Positions 58,401 through 64,000 of a DNA stretch of 64,000 nucleotides are shown in pieces (the stretch's first letter is position 1; every line of letters begins with the position of its first letter). The position numbers and the translations under genes were made by a program. Under the pieces are notes generated by a model, which saw nothing but the letters and a program-made list of their open reading frames with translations, had not been told where the DNA came from and searched no databases. This DNA comes from Hormiphora californensis. Its lineage: Eukaryota > Animalia > Ctenophora. The DNA is taken from contig CM035358.1 of NCBI GenBank assembly GCA_020137815.1, forward strand, positions 4,402,001-4,466,000, written 5' to 3'.

Positions 58401-61400
58401 GTAATAGGATGAGCAATCATTATATTCTTGAATTTTAGTACTGCTAAATCGCTGTTTTTCATTAGTTAAAATCATTACATATTCTGAAAGTTATTGTTGG
58501 AAAAAAACAGCTGTAAATGGTAATTAATCAATTAAAAGTAGCTAAAGTCGGATTTTTTGAAGTTGTCACCCCCCTTTTCGTGCGCGGAATGTTTTTGCGC
58601 GTCACATCACATGTTAACGTGTGGTGTGCGCAACAAAATTGATAAATTTCAAATGCGCGGTCATTTTGGGGTGACAACTTCAAAAAATCCGACTTTACTC
58701 TAAGATTTAAAATTATCTACCTTTAAAGAGCTTTCCAATAGGACAAGAGGGAACTTGACATGAGGCTCAGCGGTCAGCCATAACCGGAAGTTCTTGTGTG
58801 GTTTCAATGTGTTCACTTCCTTCTCCAGCACAGGTACCCAAGCAATAACAAGATGAAGATTCTTTAGACACAACCATGATCCCTTACCAGCGCATTCCTT
58901 TAATTGTTGTAGAGCGTACTCAGACTGCCCCTGACCCATTGCAACTTGAACGTAGTTAGTTGCCCCGACAACTTCACTAGCCAGCTCCTGCAACTCCTGA
59001 CTGACATCAGACCCAGGGGAGATGAGCACGAGGATTGGTTCCTCCGCTTTGGTGTGGTCCTCATAGAGTCGTTTTAGGTTGACTGATGGAGGGGATAACT
59101 CCCTGACTCCTAGTGCTCGTTGGGCGAATAGTTGGAGGGCCGATAAGAGTCGATCAGGTCGGAGGGCCTGAATAGTGATAACAGATTGGAAGGGTGTTAA
59201 CTGACTGGCCACACTCCTTGGTAACTCCCTCTCACACTCCTTAGCGCCTGTAAAGTTGGCCCAGAGACCCTCATCTTGTAGATTCAGATCTCTGTACAAG
59301 GCAGGTATACGCTGATTCCTAGTAGAGCAACACCACCGACTAAATCAGGTGAGATCCACTTGGGGTATTTCTCCAACAACGCCTGCTGTGATTCCTGTCT
59401 CCTTAACATGGCATCAGTGACAATTTGCCCAGAAAACAGGTCGAATTCCTTCTCCCCAAACATCTCAGGGTGCATACCATGTACAAGGTGTACAGCAAAC
59501 ATGAGGCGATCTGCCTTGAAGAGGGACCGACACACAGACTCGTATAGCAGGACCTTTAGGGTTGATACCAGGTAGTCGATCCTATCCGATCCAGAGCCAG
59601 TTTTGCTCTTTAGCGCCTGTTTAAACACGTCCAAAAAGGAGTTGAGACTAAACCGGTACATGCAGTTAACCGCACAAAGGGATTTGGTGATAAAGTACAG
59701 GGTGGCTCCGATTTCAGCTAGTTTTAGGTAGATATTCCGTTCCCCGTCCAGGGAGGACTGGAGTTGTTGGGATTCTGCCAAGGCATCCTTGATGATGACA
59801 CTGTTCTTTTTGGTCTGGTTGAGGCTCTCTATCAGCGCCTTGTTCTCCAGAATACTTCCCTGGGATAAAGAGGGGGTTAGCGGCTTTCATGGGGTTATTG
59901 AGGGGGAGGGGATCTAGTGGGGTTAGTGGCATGGGGGGGGGGTCTAGTCTGGTTGAGGCTCTCTATCAGTGCCTTGTTCTCCAGAATACTTCCCTGTCGG
60001 AGAGGAGTGGGTTAGTGACATTATACTTGGGATGGAGTCATTGAGGGAGAGGAGTGGGTTATTGGCATTATACTGGTATGGGGACGGGGTTATTGAGGGA
60101 GAGGAGTGGGTTATTGGCATTATACTGGGATGGGGTTATTGAGGGGGAGAGCAGTGGGTTAGTGGAGAGGAGTGGGTTAGTGGAGAGGAGTGTGTTAGTG
60201 GAGAGGAGTGGGTTAGTGGCATGGGGCCATGGGGGTTATTGAGTGGGGAGGAGTCTAGTGGGGTTATTGGTAGTGCTAATGGGACGGCTTTTAGGAAATA
60301 TTGGTGGGATAGCTGGGGGTATTCAGATCTATATCGAGATGGAGAAAGAGAAACCATCCAATGAAATGGAATGAAGGATATATTCGGCTCCGAATGTATA
60401 GCGTCAACGAGGGAACACAAAACATAGAAACAGGACTATGAGAAAGAGAGAGATAGAGAGGTAAAGTGAGACGTTCTGCCCAAGATGAATTGGTGGCAAA
60501 AACTGGTCAACAAATCACATGAGACAACGGCACAACAATGAAGTTTTACAGAGACGGGGGATATATCCTGTGCTGTTTTATTCTATTTTTGAAGATATAT
60601 CTAAACTGAGATATTATTAACAACACTTGTTGAGCAACAACACCGATTTTGTCAAAGCTGGCTGCTGGGACTTGTCGCCCAGGAATATAGCTTCAATCCG
60701 TTTGCCTGGCTAGACTGTGTTTCGGGCGCCCCGCCCCCGAATCACAAATGTAAAGGGAGGGTTAGAACATAGCTTCAATCCGTTACCTGAGCGTTAGCCA
60801 GTTCTCTCAGCAACGACTCCTCTAGTCTGTTTAGCTCTAGTTTTTGACTCTCTTCCTTGGCTAGCAGCTCACTCTTTCTCTCCTCCAGCTGTGGTTTTTC
60901 GTGCTGGATGGTCACCGCCAATAGCTGGCCAGTTAGACCTGGGGGAGCGGGGTGTGACATTGACACCTGTGTGTGAGCTCAATCTTGGTCACGCACGGTG
61001 TCTATGTCACCAAGTGGAGCGGAGTGTGACATTTCTTGGAAATTTTTCGATAACATAATAATATAGATTGGATTAATATTAAATTGGATTACTATTAAAT
61101 TGGACTAATATTAAAAAGATATTGGATTAATCTAGAAAGTAAAGTTGTTACCCTTGTTTTTTGATTTTTCTTTTTCTGGGGGAGTTGTCTTACCTGCCCG
61201 GGTAGTTGAGAAGTTGGCGACACCTAACAATGCCAGTGTGCTGGGAGGTAGGTCAGGCTTGGGGTTTCGGGTGGCCAAGTAAAGTTTGAAATCCTCATTA
61301 TAATCCATCAACTTCTCACCAATCTGTACCACTGACCTAGTGGGGGAGGGAGGAGTGGGGGAGGGAGGAGTTAGTGTCATGTAGTGGGGAGGGGGGTAGT

Positions 61401-63380
61401 GGAATGGGCCGGGAGGGGGGATAGTGGAATGGATTGGCAGGGATAGGAGGGAGGGAGGAATGGAGTAGATATGTGTAGTACTGAAAAAAGTTCACAGATT
61501 TAGACATAACAGGTGGTATTATTCCAGCTTGACTAATTTCGCAAGTCCTCCATTGACTATTAGTTCTTTCTTCCTTACCTGGGACCGTGGGACATGAAGT
61601 CGCCCCGAAGAAGGGGAAACAGAGCGGGATCAATGACATCCATCTCTTGGATAATCAGTGTTTTACCAAACCTAACCGCCAGCTCAAGGGCTGTCATAAA
61701 TCCACTATCATTGGAATTAATCACCTCCAATCTGGGGGATATTAGGGAAAATTATAGACGGATATATGTCAGTAAATCTGAAAAAATGTGTAGATTATAT
61801 GTTTCCGCTTGAAATATTATCTGAATAGTCATGTGTACAGGGTGTCCCACTGTCTTTGCATCACCTGCGATTTTGGGTCATGACCGGGCTCCATTAAACT
61901 AACCAAAACTCATCGAAAAATTGGTCAAAATGGTTCTAATAAAAACCAGTGTTCTAGAGAATTGTCTGGCGAACATTTTGGTTGCAAGATTGACTTTCCA
62001 AGTCTTACCAATCGTCAGATACATCGTCGTAAAGTCAAAATTACGTGTTCATGAAATCCGACCGGGGTTCACGTTTTGAAAAATTCACAAATGCAAAGTT
62101 GCTCGGATCACATTGCATCCCTCATAAGAGTTGTGGGAAATTGTCTGGCGGTCATTTTGGTACCCGTGTTTTTGTCCTAGCTCAATGTTTAGAGTGTCTT
62201 ATGACTGTCTAAAGACGAAATTCAACCAGCATTTTTGAGGGGATCACGTGTCATCAACAAATGGGTAAAATGATTTGAAATTTACAAGAGCTTCATTGGA
62301 ATCTTCTAAGGTTCATTTTGATACCATGGTTTTTTCCATAGCTCTACGTCTAAGTTGCGTTATGACTGTAGGAACATGAAGATTTTTCTATGCTGAGTCT
62401 TAGTTGGTATCGGCTCACAACCCCTAATTAGGTGGCTCGGTGTCGTGTGTAATCCCATGATAATCAGCACATATCGTCTCAATTTCATCTAGACACTTGA
62501 CAGGGTTGTTATGACGATTTGGCAAGGCCCCTCTTAATGTGTAGGATACGCAAGTGGTCTATCTCAACCCTATCATGCACTAAGATGTTATTCAAGCAGC
62601 TATGAGCTTCATAACAGGGCAAAATGCAATGTGATACCTGAGACCACTTTTGGGAAAATTCCAGTTCTGACAGTCATAAGACACTCTAAACATTGAGCTA
62701 GGATAAAAACCAGGATACCAAAATGACCGCCAGACAATTTCCTACAACTCTTATGAGGGATGCAATGTGATCCGAGCAACTTTGCATTTGTGAATTTTTC
62801 AAAACGTGAACCCCGGTCGGATTTCATGAACACGTAATTTTGACTTTACGACGATATATCTGACGATTGATAAGACTTGGAAAGTCAATCTTGCAACCAA
62901 AATATTTGCCAGACAATTCTCTAGAACACTGGTTTTTGTTAGAACCATTTTGACCAATTTTTCGATGAGTTTTGGTTAGTTTAATGGAGCCCGGTCATGA
63001 CCCAAAATCGCAGGTGATGCAAAGACAGTGGGACACCCTGTACATGTGTATGGTGTAGATTATCACATGTGTAAACAAAACATCCCATATCATATACCAC
63101 TGCTTTGGTAACGAAATAACCCCTCCCTTGCCAGCGCGCGAGGCGATCTCTTTAGAGGGGTTATTTCGTAACACATGTACCTTTGATCCTTAAGGTGTTC
63201 CTTTAGCCAGGCAGTAGCCCGAGAGGAGGGGTCAATAAGGTAGGGGACCCTAGTGCCATGTAGAATTATCAGAGCATTCTCTACTGATAGATCATCCGAT
63301 GGTAGACCCTCAGCTTTCCATTCCAATTGTTCACTTTCAGTGGAGAGGAACTTGGCCAGGCTAAACTTGTTGACACCAAT
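55410..63380 (-). CDS. DYNC2H1: Cytoplasmic dynein 2 heavy chain 1 (IFT dynein), 3' exons; gene continues beyond the window
   Basis: FLSTESEQLEWKAEGLPSDDLSVENA, VAMGQGQ..GSWLCLKNLHLVIAW, ERRNYIPQGWTKFYEFS and the C-terminus IPLYYSSEREKQVTAISMPC..ALVLKNQ* match DYNC2H1. Confidence 0.95.
61838..63040. mobile_element. Tc1/mariner-type non-autonomous element with ~370-bp TIRs
   Basis: TA TSD, CAGGGTGTCCCAC...GTGGGACACCCTG termini; lies in a DYNC2H1 intron. Confidence 0.9.
63104..63172. mobile_element. Tiny inverted-repeat element (ACGAAATAACCCCTC...GAGGGGTTATTTCGT); relatives at ~57652-57705 and ~46851-46934
   Basis: Same termini and a CCCTTGCCAGYGCGCGAG core in two DYNC2H1 introns. Confidence 0.6.
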
Positions 63381-64000
63381 CTGAAACATTTTATAATCAT
63401 CAGTTGTTGTAATTGATCTTATTTATTAAGCTTATACAATGGTTTTCATTACAAATTTAATTATTTAATTAGTCATACAAATCATTCGTGCCTGCTTCCC
63501 CCTTCCCTTTGTTTTGTTCAAACCTTTCCTGGAAAACTCTTTCCTTTTTTAACTCACACTCTCCATATATAAAGATCGATAATTGTCTCATTATCTAATT
63601 ATCTCCCCGTGTGTCACACGCCCATCTATACTATCATGGGGTGGCCTCGAGTAATAGAGGCAGCAGCAAAAGAGCATACACATTTGATATATATATATAT
63701 GCTCTTTGATATAAAACTGACATTGTACTGACTCAGTACTGTCTCCTCTGTTTGTACATACTTTCATATGTTTGTTTATGAGGGCTGGCAGTACCAGGGA
63801 GAAATGTTAGGCAATCAGATGAGGATTATTGTCCAAACAATGAAAAACCACATGTCACTAGCTTAGTAATGAGTGATTACCACAGTGAGATCTGGCAATT
63901 ACTGTCAGAGCATGTGGTGAATTTCTCCTGTCTGCTCTACTTGTTAGGGAAGAGTATACTTGTATTGTTCATACTATTAAGTATTATTACTGGGGGAGGT

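Overview
Gene-dense, repeat-rich animal genomic DNA with many short GT-AG introns. A ctenophore (Pleurobrachia/Hormiphora-like) is my best inference from the protein divergence, nested genes and repeat types, but it is not proven. Left to right: the 3' end of a rhodopsin-class GPCR; an apparently intact CRE-clade (RT + restriction-like endonuclease) non-LTR retrotransposon with an N-terminal PHD finger; TAPT1; a divergent PBX (TALE) homeobox gene; SURF6; NUP188 (about 26 kb) hosting four antisense nested genes (sushi-domain secreted protein, polypeptide GalNAc-transferase, unknown secreted protein interrupted by a MITE, sulfotransferase); and the 3' part of DYNC2H1 on the minus strand. Introns and intergenic DNA carry many non-autonomous DNA transposons, several being 0.5-1.4 kb near-perfect palindromes (Kolobok-, Academ-, Tc1/mariner-, hAT-type by termini and TSD), plus LINE fragments and microsatellites. 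The most unusual signals: (i) small introns of unrelated genes built almost wholly from arrays of transcription-factor consensus sites (CArG + E-box; RFX X-box); (ii) tandem amplification of splice-site/exon-edge sequence at many introns; (iii) a PBX homeodomain with PYP->PRP and WFGN->WFCN; (iv) an ORF1-only retroposon with a structured 3' end; (v) splice acceptors just upstream of most start codons and an operon-like SURF6-NUP188 spacing. Exon boundaries were read by eye and are approximate where stated; no database searches were run.
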